Below are positions 50,158 to 59,591 of a stretch of DNA of 64,000 bases, piece after piece. A program made the position numbers and the translations under genes. The notes under the pieces were generated by a model. It saw nothing but the letters and a program-made list of their open reading frames with translations, ran no database searches and had not been told where the DNA came from. Source of the stretch: Pseudomonadota bacterium (lineage in GTDB: Bacteria > Bdellovibrionota_C > UBA2361 > OMII01). Each line of letters opens with the position of its first letter. Position 1 is the stretch's first letter. The stretch is from the NCBI GenBank assembly GCA_038134595.1, contig JAYPVM010000006.1, forward strand, positions 64,001 to 128,000, written 5' to 3'.

Positions 50158-50964
50158 ATGAAGAACCTCCTTATCAAGGCGACATACACTCTTATTCTCT
50201 ATTGCTCTGCCGTAGGAGGATTTTTGTTTTTGGGACTACCGACCCAGAACCTTGAGGCTAGTCAAAACATGACAAGCCATATCGTAGATGTGACCATTCG
50301 AAACCTCGCGCTACTAGTCTCATGGGATGTAATGGTAGGGCTCTTTTTTCTGTGGCATTCTAAGCGTAGCAACAACGACCCTAATGCGGGAGGATATGGC
50401 ATAGCAACTGCACTCGTTACCTTGGTCACTCTGTTCATACTTCAGGCTTGTCGAGCTCAAATGAGCCATATTCAGTTTATCATTCTCCTGCTCGCTCTCG
50501 GATTTCGGGGTATGGGAAAAGGGAGCTGGGAAAACAATCGTCCTCAAGTGGGCATGCCATCATCCCTTGCTTCTCACTCTTTATTGGCGGCTCTATCTTT
50601 TTCTGTGTTCTATAATGGCACACCTCCATGGCAAACAATTCCTTTGAGCATCGCCATAGGCTCTATCGTTGCATCAGCAGAACTATCTCAAAACCGCTCA
50701 AGCATTAACCGAACACCCTTTCCCGGTCTCTCCCCTTTATACCGAGTAATAACCATACTCGGCCCGCTGATTATTACAACATCGGCCTTCGTGGGACTAC
50801 TCGAACGCCCTTATACCTACTTCCTGATCGCTCTATTTATGAGCGTGACTCATGTCAGAAAATCTGATAAGCAGACGCCGATTCCTCCCGAAGCCCGGTA
50901 TATGGGTGCTGTGATTAGCTCGGCATCTATCGTAGGATTACTTGCAATTCGTGCCAGTCTTTAA
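50158..50964 (+). CDS. hypothetical integral membrane protein
   Basis: 268 aa with about 8 hydrophobic segments. Confidence 0.7.
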   Translation: MKNLLIKATYTLILYCSAVGGFLFLGLPTQNLEASQNMTSHIVDVTIRNLALLVSWDVMVGLFFLWHSKRSNNDPNAGGYGIATALVTLVTLFILQACRAQMSHIQFIILLLALGFRGMGKGSWENNRPQVGMPSSLASHSLLAALSFSVFYNGTPPWQTIPLSIAIGSIVASAELSQNRSSINRTPFPGLSPLYRVITILGPLIITTSAFVGLLERPYTYFLIALFMSVTHVRKSDKQTPIPPEARYMGAVISSASIVGLLAIRASL

Positions 50965-51098
50965 CCAAACGCACAGGAGGGAAGAGCTTCCGCAACCGGC
51001 AAAATAGTTAAGTTTCATCTGGACTTGTTGACAAAAGAAATCTACCCTTTGCTCCAACATAGTAAAATACTGTTATCTCTTCTACGGGAGGCTCTTTC

Positions 51099-51899
51099 AT
51101 GCAGCACAATAGACCTCGATTTCAATTTTATCTGCCGATAATCGGCGTCCTGGCAGCAATTACCATCGCAACCTGCCCACTCAGAGCAGAGTCGAGAACA
51201 AAATCCGTCGGCACAGAAGTCTCGCAGCACTCCCTTCGTCTGAATGAACAAGGGGCGCAAGCTGTTAAGGAAAGAAGATTTAAAGATGCCGAACAGCTCT
51301 TTAAGAAATCTCTCGAGAGAGATGCATCCAATATAACAGCAGTCGTTAACCTAGCCGGCATGTATATTACAAACAAGAAAGAGACTCTTGCCATCAGCCT
51401 CTTATCTGAATACACAAAAAAATCACCCACTGATGCATATCTTCAGGCGAGACTGGGAGATGCTTTCTTCGCTGCAAAAAAATCCTCTCAAGCTATCCGC
51501 GCCTACGAAAAAGCCCTTTCACTAGACCCCTCACTCGTACCTCCTTTAGTACGACTTGCGTCCCTGTACACAATGAGCAACAAACTGGAACAAGCACGAG
51601 ATATGTACATCCGCGCGGTCACTGCGAATCCTCAGGATGCACGGTCACTAAACAATCTAAGCAGCCTCTACCTCGGACTAGGAGATCCAAAAAGTGCGAT
51701 AGCAACTGCAAAGAAGGCGCTACGAGTCTCGAGCACAAGCGAAACATATGTAACATTAGGCAATGCATACCAACGAGTTGGAGACCGTAGAAATGCACTA
51801 CACTCATTCAAAAGAGCTCGCCAAATGGGTAGTAAAGAGCCTAAACTTACCGCCGTTATCCAAGAGCTCGAGGCTACCCAGAGCAACGCTCACTCTTGA
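51099..51899 (+). CDS. exported TPR-repeat protein
   Basis: Signal peptide plus about 6 canonical TPRs (LGDAF, YEKAL-LDP, LNNL, LGNAY). Confidence 0.88.
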   Translation: MQHNRPRFQFYLPIIGVLAAITIATCPLRAESRTKSVGTEVSQHSLRLNEQGAQAVKERRFKDAEQLFKKSLERDASNITAVVNLAGMYITNKKETLAISLLSEYTKKSPTDAYLQARLGDAFFAAKKSSQAIRAYEKALSLDPSLVPPLVRLASLYTMSNKLEQARDMYIRAVTANPQDARSLNNLSSLYLGLGDPKSAIATAKKALRVSSTSETYVTLGNAYQRVGDRRNALHSFKRARQMGSKEPKLTAVIQELEATQSNAHS

Positions 51900-52083
51900 A
51901 ATACCCCAAGAACATAAAAACGCTATATAATTCGTGGCTAGCCTTAGAGCCCAAACTTGACTATTCTAGGCCTCTGAGACCATCGCCACTTTCTGCCAAG
52001 ATAGAAGAGGCTGTATCGTCGAAACTAGATTTGTCACGGACATACCGTGGTAAGCAGTAAACTCAAAAAACACCAGGAACCTT

Positions 52084-52446
52084 ATGTCTTACGAATTTTA
52101 TAAAGCACTTCATCTTTTGGGATTATCTCTTACTCTCTTATCATTCGGCGGAATTTTAGTATTTGCGATAAATGGAGGCACAAAGGCATCTAACCAATTT
52201 AAAAAGGGAGTAATGATTTCTCACGGCGTGGGCCTTTTGCTTTTACTCGTCGCTGGCTTTGGTATGTTAGCGAAACTTCAGATATCTGGATTCCCAACAT
52301 GGGTCGTCCTCAAAATAATCATATGGCTACTCTTCGGCGGTTTGATAGCAATGGCCTACAAGCAAAACCTGGCCAGAAAACTTTGGTTGCTCATTCCAGC
52401 TCTCGTGGTACTTGCTACCATCCTTGCAAACTCCAAGCCCATGTAG
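52084..52446 (+). CDS. four-TM membrane protein (SirB/DUF2269-like)
   Basis: YK-LH, HG-GL-L-L-AGFG and W---K---W. Confidence 0.7.
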   Translation: MSYEFYKALHLLGLSLTLLSFGGILVFAINGGTKASNQFKKGVMISHGVGLLLLLVAGFGMLAKLQISGFPTWVVLKIIIWLLFGGLIAMAYKQNLARKLWLLIPALVVLATILANSKPM

Positions 52447-52499
52447 CCCCTGAGAGTGATTTCATTCATACATTTGATCCACACATTCGATCCACATTG

Positions 52500-53390
52500 T
52501 TAATGTAAAACACTATTGACGAGCCCCTCTTGTGTTGCGAATAAAGCCAACTGTGGCTCCGAAAATTCGTACTCTACAGGGTGCAGTAGTTTCTGCGGCG
52601 CAATCTCTCTCATTGCCTGTAAAAGTGGCCTATGAGCATCTGGCCTTAACCAGTGAAAGCATCGCTCCGACGCTAATTTTTGGGCTGCATAGCCTTTGGG
52701 ACGACCACCATGCGCAAGCTGTGAAAGACTATGCAGGTGAACAAAATCACCGTATTGATTCAACAAAGAGGCGAACTTTGTCGCATCGGATCTCCAATCA
52801 CCGTAAGGCAGTAATGGTGCTACTTGTATGCCAACCCGCATCCCAAAATGCCGCAACGTTCTAATGGCCTTAAGGCGCTCCGAGATCAAGGGCATATTGG
52901 GCATATAGCGTTTTGCTACTTCATCACAATCTGTTTCTATTCCCATCGTAATAAAAGTATTCTTCCTGACTCTCTTTAAAACAGGTATACCGATGACAAT
53001 AAGTGGAGAACGCGTCTGGATGACAAGTCGCCCAGGAACAAAACGTTCAAACAACTGTAAAAACCTCATGCTTGTAGCAAATTTCTCATCGAACGGATGA
53101 AACGGATCAGTGGTATTTCCAAAAACAACCGTTGCCCGCCTTAACTCTCCCCTCCGAGAAAGCCTACTGAGAGTTCGCTCCAATTCATGCACCGGTTCGC
53201 CTCCCTCGAGCAAATAGCGGCTTCTGAGCATTTGGTTCGACGCACCGTCTACGTCGCCAAGAGCTAAAGATATCAAATCATTAGATTGAGAGACTCGTCC
53301 CATTGAGATGCCCCCCGCATAGGAATCAACTACAATGATAGACCTGTCGTGACAAACATGCTCTTTCGTGTTGTGCTTACCCATACTCAT
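52500..53390 (-). CDS. SplB/Rv2578c-like radical SAM family protein lacking CxxxCxxC
   Basis: TDPFHP--E, IQTRSPL, P----RL-A---L---G, APLLP and C-terminal QLALF; no Cys triad. Confidence 0.75.
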   Translation of the reverse strand: MSMGKHNTKEHVCHDRSIIVVDSYAGGISMGRVSQSNDLISLALGDVDGASNQMLRSRYLLEGGEPVHELERTLSRLSRRGELRRATVVFGNTTDPFHPFDEKFATSMRFLQLFERFVPGRLVIQTRSPLIVIGIPVLKRVRKNTFITMGIETDCDEVAKRYMPNMPLISERLKAIRTLRHFGMRVGIQVAPLLPYGDWRSDATKFASLLNQYGDFVHLHSLSQLAHGGRPKGYAAQKLASERCFHWLRPDAHRPLLQAMREIAPQKLLHPVEYEFSEPQLALFATQEGLVNSVLH

Positions 53391-53695
53391 CGCCATCTCC
53401 GCTTTACTCAAATTCTGTTGAACCCCCAAAATACTTCAAGCTACTTAAACTTTAGACGCCGAAAGACCTAAATAGGTTCAAGCTAATTAAAGCAACTTCT
53501 TAGCCCTCCTTAACCTACTGTATTAACTAACTTATTAGTTCAATTTCCCATTCTGTCCGACTAAGCTCCATAGGAATCAACATCAGCAAATGACCTTTTT
53601 GGGATTTACTTCTTAGTGCTCTTAGGTAAAGATTCAGCTACGATAAAACAGTAAGAATACAACCGAATAACGTTTCTGTTGGGAAGGAGTTTGCT

Positions 53696-54022
53696 ATGGC
53701 AGGTAATGTCGCAGAGATAAGCGATGCAGAATTTGATGAAAAAGTACTGAAGGCTTCCAACGTGGTAGTGGTAGACTTTTGGGCTCCATGGTGTGGTCCA
53801 TGCAAGAGCATCGCTCCTGTATTGGAAGAAGTTGCATCCGACCTCGGAGATGCTGTGGCAATTTACAAGATAAACGTTGATGACAACAACAAGAGCCCAG
53901 CTCAATACAACGTTCGGGCTATACCAAACCTAATTATCTTCAAAGGTGGTGCAGAGGTTGATAGAGTGGTCGGTGCAGTACCTAAAGAGCAACTAGTAGA
54001 TACTATCAAGAAAGCGCTCTAG
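53696..54022 (+). CDS. trxA: thioredoxin
   Basis: VDFWAPWCGPCK; GGAAGGAG RBS. Confidence 0.98.
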   Translation: MAGNVAEISDAEFDEKVLKASNVVVVDFWAPWCGPCKSIAPVLEEVASDLGDAVAIYKINVDDNNKSPAQYNVRAIPNLIIFKGGAEVDRVVGAVPKEQLVDTIKKAL

Positions 54023-54085
54023 ACCTGTTAACTGAACCGTGCAGTGCCATTCACAACGAGTGCACTGACAAACAGGCATACTGCT

Positions 54086-54138
54086 GACCGCCACAAGTCC
54101 AAACCTCAGCGAGGAACCTGTGGCGGTCTCTTTACTTT
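54086..54138 (+). terminator. hairpin / probable terminator after trxA
   Basis: GACCGCCACA(54086-54095)/TGTGGCGGTC(54119-54128) followed by TCTTTACTTT. Confidence 0.5.
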
Positions 54139-54159
54139 AGGCCCGGCAATTACATCAGC

Positions 54160-55038
54160 ATGAAACCTTCCGCAAAAAATTGGTTTGCACTAACGGTCAC
54201 TCCCACCCAAGAAAATCCAGATAGCGAATTAATCGATAGCATCTCGCTTAATCTAATGGAGCTTGGCGCCGCAGGGACAGCTGTAATGCAAGCGCCAGAT
54301 ATTGTGGCGTATATCGAAGGCGATGAAGCCTCATGCAGAGCCATACAAAATTGCCTTGCCCAAATCGGTTGTACAGAAAAATCACTTCATAAATTAGAAG
54401 ACTCGAACTGGCTAGGCAGCTGTCCCGACATCTGGGAACCACAAAAAATTGACGACCTAACCATTATTCCCGTGGAATCGCTGGATGCGGCAAAAGCCAT
54501 CCCGAATACCGACGAAATACAACTTATCCCGGGACAAGGATTTGGAACAGGTCATCATGCCACAACCCGCATGATGATTTCGGCAATTCAAAAAAGTGCT
54601 ATGTATTTTAAAGATAGATCAGAGGTTTGTATTCTAGACGTTGGCACCGGTAGTGGCATTCTAGCAATAGCTGCGACGAAACTAGTTTCTTCGTGCCACG
54701 TAAATGCTATCGACATCGACGAAGATGCACTTTCTAATGCTCGCGAAAACTGTCTCCTTAACAAGGTTGCGCAAAAAATAGAATTATCAACAACTCCCGT
54801 AGAAGATATCGTAGATGCATATGATATGATACTTGCCAACGTCTACGGAGAGGTTTTAATTCAAATGGCGCCTGATTTCGGTCGAATTAGCAAATCGGGC
54901 ACGATTGTTTTGCTGTCAGGAATTACTGAAATTGTCTGGCCATCGGTACAAAATGCATTCATGCAGCAAGGAGGCTGGAAAGTTACCAATATTACCCAGG
55001 AAGGCGAATGGATGTGTGCAGATTTACGTCGACTGTAG
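54160..55038 (+). CDS. prmA: ribosomal protein L11 methyltransferase
   Basis: PGQGFGTGHHATT, LDVGTGSGILAI, DID and LSGI. Confidence 0.92.
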   Translation: MKPSAKNWFALTVTPTQENPDSELIDSISLNLMELGAAGTAVMQAPDIVAYIEGDEASCRAIQNCLAQIGCTEKSLHKLEDSNWLGSCPDIWEPQKIDDLTIIPVESLDAAKAIPNTDEIQLIPGQGFGTGHHATTRMMISAIQKSAMYFKDRSEVCILDVGTGSGILAIAATKLVSSCHVNAIDIDEDALSNARENCLLNKVAQKIELSTTPVEDIVDAYDMILANVYGEVLIQMAPDFGRISKSGTIVLLSGITEIVWPSVQNAFMQQGGWKVTNITQEGEWMCADLRRL

Positions 55039-55425
55039 CAACATCCACAACCGGCATCATGCATCTGCCTTTAGACTTCGATAGCATGCATCTTACGTGA
55101 GAGATTATCCCCAACAAAAAACGTACAGAAACAACTTCACACTTACTTTCCAGATATTTTGCTAGATCAACGTTTACGAGACTGATTAGGAGCCCTTTGG
55201 GTGGCAACGCCCTGGCACTACATACATGATATATGCCCTTCCCTGAAAGAATAACCGTTCTGATCATTATCCGTTGCCTAGTCGAAGTAACATCTCTTAT
55301 TATAGAAGGAATATATATTGTTTAATTCCCTCCTCACGGGGAGAATCACCGACATAACGGGTTCCACAGAGTACTGTTCGTGACGAAGCGCTTACCAGTA
55401 TAGGATTAGGAGATTTATAGATAAT

Positions 55426-56457
55426 ATGAAGGCTATATTTTTCGATGAGCACGGGGATATCAACGTTTTAAAGCATGCAGATCTACCAGAACCTGAGCCA
55501 AAACCAGGTGAGGCTTTAATACGAGTCCGAGCTGTTGCACTCAATCACCTCGACATATGGGTCCGAAAAGGTTGGCCAGGACTTCATCTTCCTCTACCCC
55601 ATATCGGTGGGGCTGACATTGCAGGAGAGATAGTTTCAATCAACTCGCCTGGTTCGACATGGTCCACTGGCTCCCGTGTTATTATATATCCCGGCATAAC
55701 TACGGCCGACGACGAATGGACAAGAACTGGACAAGAGAGCTTAAGTCCTGGATACAAGATTGTTGGAGAACAAACTCAGGGAGGATTTGCTGAGTTTGTC
55801 ACTGTGCCGACGCAAAACTTGTTCCGCTTGCCGGATGGGATATCATTTGAAGATGGTGCCGCCCCGCTACTAGTGGGTGTGACCGCATGGAGAATGCTTT
55901 TCACCCGTGCTCAGCTCACAGCGGGAGATTCAGTGCTCGTTGTCGGATCGGGCGGAGGGGTCAATTCCCTCTCTATTATGCTTGCCAGAAGTGCTGGCGC
56001 TCACGTCATTGCTTTGGCTGGAAACGCAACGAAATGTGACCGTGCCCTTCAAATTGGTGCTCATAGTGTCATCGATTACTCCAAGAATCTCGACTGGCAT
56101 ACGGAGGTCTTAAAATTAACCAAAGGTCGGGGCGTCGATATTGTGGTTGATAACGTAGGCTCAAGAACAATGCACAAGAGCCTTCGAAGTGTTGCCCGAG
56201 GTGGAAAAATCGTAACCGTGGGCAATACAAAGGGTTTCGAATTATCTTTTGACAATCGATTGCTCTTTACAAAACAAGTTTCCTTGGTGGGGTCAACTAT
56301 GGGTAGTAGACAAGACTTTATAGAGGCGATTGACTATATATTTAAAAATAATATTAAAATCCCAATCGATACGGTCGCACCACTAGCCCAGGGTATTCAG
56401 ATGATAAAAAAATTAGAAGACGGCGATCATTTCGGAAAACTGGTATTAGCTCCGTAA
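55426..56457 (+). CDS. zinc-type alcohol dehydrogenase / quinone oxidoreductase (MDR family)
   Basis: ALNHLD-W---G, G-D-AG, GGFAE, GSGGG, GSTMG and FGK-VL. Confidence 0.9.
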   Translation: MKAIFFDEHGDINVLKHADLPEPEPKPGEALIRVRAVALNHLDIWVRKGWPGLHLPLPHIGGADIAGEIVSINSPGSTWSTGSRVIIYPGITTADDEWTRTGQESLSPGYKIVGEQTQGGFAEFVTVPTQNLFRLPDGISFEDGAAPLLVGVTAWRMLFTRAQLTAGDSVLVVGSGGGVNSLSIMLARSAGAHVIALAGNATKCDRALQIGAHSVIDYSKNLDWHTEVLKLTKGRGVDIVVDNVGSRTMHKSLRSVARGGKIVTVGNTKGFELSFDNRLLFTKQVSLVGSTMGSRQDFIEAIDYIFKNNIKIPIDTVAPLAQGIQMIKKLEDGDHFGKLVLAP

Positions 56458-56489
56458 TCAATACTACTACGCTCTCTTAATTTTCAGGC

Positions 56490-57923
56490 TTATTGCACCG
56501 AGTGTTTAGGAGCATCGTTTCTCGATTCCACCAGCAACGTAATTCGCTCGCACAGTCTTACGTGGTCCTTATTGTCGAAATCCATAAGTGACAATCCTAG
56601 CGCGTTCTCTATCACGGCTTCTATATCTCGAGCCTGATCTGCAGATACAGCCATGTCTATCTCACCTCGAAGCACACCCGGAACAAATTCATAGAGCCCA
56701 TTCGGAAATTCTACAATGTGGCGTACCCTACCCTGCCAGCGATTAACACAGGCCTCTATCGTCTTTTCTCTGATACCCGCTGAACGCGCCTGCGCCCGAA
56801 ACAACGCAACCTCTCCACCCAAATGAACACCCGAAAGGGGTCGAGAGAAAAATTTCATCTTACGATCTTTGGACGTTCGATATGAAAGCATTGCTTGGAC
56901 AATCTGAGAGGCCGACCTAAAGGCATCCCAGGGTGCTCGATGATTGCAATAAAACACGCCTTTTGTTTGGACCACTGAATAGGCTGATTCAAACCGCCCT
57001 CTTACATTACGTGAAAACAGCATTGCATCTACACACAGCCCCATTTCCTGACATGCCGCTTCAAAAACCGCATCGACGGCATGCTCTATCAAACGCTCCT
57101 TGTTAAATAGCAGAGCTGCTTCGTATATCTCAGGAGAGCGTTTAATGACTATTACTTTTGCTCCATCAGGGCACTCAAAACATCCATACGATTTACCCGC
57201 TCGAGCATCGTGTGGAATTACCCTGTACCTGCGATAGACCGCACTAACCTGAGATTTTGGAATGGCTGCAACTTGGCCGCCTAAGGCAGTACCGGGCAAT
57301 CGTTCATGTGCGGGATCAACCATTAAGCCCCCACCACGCGCTCGAATTGGCACTTCCGAGCCTATGTCCCGAAATTGCACAATAAAGCACCCGCTCTTAC
57401 TTTCTGCCTCAATATGATCAAACGCGATACGATCAAGGACGACTGCTCCCTCTTGTCGTGCCGCAAGAACATACTCATTAATCAGCAAACGCTCATTAAC
57501 ATTATAGAGAGAGACGAACTTCTGAACTAACCTCTGTTGCGAACACCACGGTGAATCTATCTGAATATCCGCCTCAGTAATCAGATGTGGTGCGACATTC
57601 TTTTTTAATTTTGCAAGCAATCTCTTAGCGCGTAGAATGTTCAGAGGAGCATCTACAAGACTATCGACGGCCCTGAAATCCCACGGTAGCGCATTAACTC
57701 CGATAGGCTCAGAGTCCAGCAGCAAAACAGAGAATCCCCTCAATGCCGCTTCGTGTGCGACCAGAGCACTCGTTAATCCGCCACCGAAGAGAATAAGATC
57801 AAAATCATGCTCCGATCTCAGTTTCTCCATGTTGGCTTCTCGAGTCGGAATCCTGGAGAAAATATCCCTATCCTCTACCTGGCCCGCATTCTCTTCATAT
57901 AATGAAAGTAATTCATTCGTCAT
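56490..57923 (-). CDS. divergent GlpD-like FAD-dependent oxidoreductase
   Basis: FDL-LFGGGLT----A-EAALRG-SVLLLD, APHL, RL-----L-A---GA and a C-terminal GE---AV pattern; core motifs are degenerate. Confidence 0.65.
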   Translation of the reverse strand: MTNELLSLYEENAGQVEDRDIFSRIPTREANMEKLRSEHDFDLILFGGGLTSALVAHEAALRGFSVLLLDSEPIGVNALPWDFRAVDSLVDAPLNILRAKRLLAKLKKNVAPHLITEADIQIDSPWCSQQRLVQKFVSLYNVNERLLINEYVLAARQEGAVVLDRIAFDHIEAESKSGCFIVQFRDIGSEVPIRARGGGLMVDPAHERLPGTALGGQVAAIPKSQVSAVYRRYRVIPHDARAGKSYGCFECPDGAKVIVIKRSPEIYEAALLFNKERLIEHAVDAVFEAACQEMGLCVDAMLFSRNVRGRFESAYSVVQTKGVFYCNHRAPWDAFRSASQIVQAMLSYRTSKDRKMKFFSRPLSGVHLGGEVALFRAQARSAGIREKTIEACVNRWQGRVRHIVEFPNGLYEFVPGVLRGEIDMAVSADQARDIEAVIENALGLSLMDFDNKDHVRLCERITLLVESRNDAPKHSVQ

Positions 57924-58308
57924 CAAAATGCACCTTCCATTCCTTTCCTTGTGGAATTTTGATCTGCCAAATTCCAGCCGGCATATTTCGAAAGACACAT
58001 CGACGTGTCGCGTTTAAGATCACACTTCGATCCGCTGCTAGCCCGCTAATATTTACTGCTCGACATTCTTGACTGCTATCAGAATCAGATAATACGCCCG
58101 TCCCAATGTCACTTTTGATGGTAACAACCACTACAATTGGAGAGCGAACTACTTTAATCGCCCGTACAAGACCGGCAGAATCAAGGATTTTGAGCTCACT
58201 CGCGTATCCAGATGCCGCCCAAAACAATGTAAGGATCAAAGCACAGACGGGTCTCGCAATAAATCGAAGGCAATTACATTGACTCGGCACGTTACGATAC
58301 CCCGACAT
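57913..58308 (-). CDS. hypothetical exported protein
   Basis: Signal-peptide-like segment (ALILTLFWAASGYA) and a beta-rich body; packed between purD and the GlpD-like gene. Start uncertain. Confidence 0.6.
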   Translation of the reverse strand: MSGYRNVPSQCNCLRFIARPVCALILTLFWAASGYASELKILDSAGLVRAIKVVRSPIVVVVTIKSDIGTGVLSDSDSSQECRAVNISGLAADRSVILNATRRCVFRNMPAGIWQIKIPQGKEWKVHFDDE

Positions 58309-59572
58309 CTCGCCGTACTCGGCGTCCACGCAATTGTAGCAAATCAACAGCTTTATAAACAGAAGAGCGCACTGCCTCACTATCGCTTCCTTTTCCTACC
58401 ACACAGAGTGTTCTTCCTCCCCCTGATTGCAAACTGCCATTCTCACCACGTACCGTGGAAGCGTGAAAAATCGTAACATCGGGAATGAGAGATACTAAAT
58501 CTAGCCCAGTGATCTCATCCCCAGTTTTCACATTTTCAGGATAGCCGTCGGACGCAATCACAACACACACAGCCGTGTCGGCACTCCATTGCACAACCGG
58601 CTTATTCTCATTTTGACCGCTCATCCATTCAAAAAGTTCTACCGGATCACTTTCAAGGCGAACCAAAATAGACTGACATTCGGGGTCTCCAAGACGAGTA
58701 TTGTACTCCAACACCCGCACACCTTCCTCCGGCCTACGATCCGGGTCGATCATCAATCCTGCGTATAAAAATCCGACAAACTGCTCCCCTCTCTCCTTCA
58801 TTACGTCAATGATAGGTTGCGCACAATGGATCTCAATCCACTGCAACAATTCATCGCTTATCCGAGGGGTTGGACAGACAGATCCCATTCCCCCGGTGTT
58901 TGGTCCCTGATCGTTATCAAGTAAACGCTTGTAGTCATGGGCAGGCGCAAGAGGAACAAGCGCATTTCCATTCGACGCAAAAATACAACTGACTTCAAAA
59001 CCTTGGAGAAACTCCTCAACGACTACTTCTTCAACCCCGAGCACGTTGTAGAGCTGAAAAATAGCGCTTTCGAGCTCTTCTTGGGTGTGCACAACAAACA
59101 CTCCCTTACCAGAGGCTAATCCATCAGCTTTGAGAACCAACGGTAGGCCATGATCGCTACAATACGACTCTACCTCATTGCGATTAGCGCACAGCTTGTA
59201 CGCTGCCGTAGGAACTTGCCCCTGACTCATGATCTCTTTGGCAAAACTCTTTGAACTCTCTAACCGAGCGGCCGCACGCGTCGGTCCGACGATCGGCAAC
59301 CCATGATTTCGAAAAACATCAACTACTCCAACTGCAAGCGACGCCTCAGGTCCCACAATAGTCAGATTTACTCCGCTTTCCTTGGCATACGCTACCAACT
59401 CATCAACCTGCGTAACGCCAATGTCGATACACGTAGCGATCTGCGCTATCCCTGCATTTCCAGGTGCGCACACTACTTCACTAACTCGAGGAGACTTCCG
59501 AAGGCTGTAACACAAGGCGTGTTCCCTACCACCTCCACCAATGACTAATATTTTCATAACATCACCTTTCAA
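58292..59572 (-). CDS. purD: phosphoribosylamine--glycine ligase
   Basis: IGGGGREHAL, PGNAG, LESSK-FAK, KADGLA-GKGV, GPNTGGMG and R-GDPE. Confidence 0.97.
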   Translation of the reverse strand: MKGDVMKILVIGGGGREHALCYSLRKSPRVSEVVCAPGNAGIAQIATCIDIGVTQVDELVAYAKESGVNLTIVGPEASLAVGVVDVFRNHGLPIVGPTRAAARLESSKSFAKEIMSQGQVPTAAYKLCANRNEVESYCSDHGLPLVLKADGLASGKGVFVVHTQEELESAIFQLYNVLGVEEVVVEEFLQGFEVSCIFASNGNALVPLAPAHDYKRLLDNDQGPNTGGMGSVCPTPRISDELLQWIEIHCAQPIIDVMKERGEQFVGFLYAGLMIDPDRRPEEGVRVLEYNTRLGDPECQSILVRLESDPVELFEWMSGQNENKPVVQWSADTAVCVVIASDGYPENVKTGDEITGLDLVSLIPDVTIFHASTVRGENGSLQSGGGRTLCVVGKGSDSEAVRSSVYKAVDLLQLRGRRVRRDVGVS

Positions 59573-59591
59573 TCAGACATAAGGGTAACTA

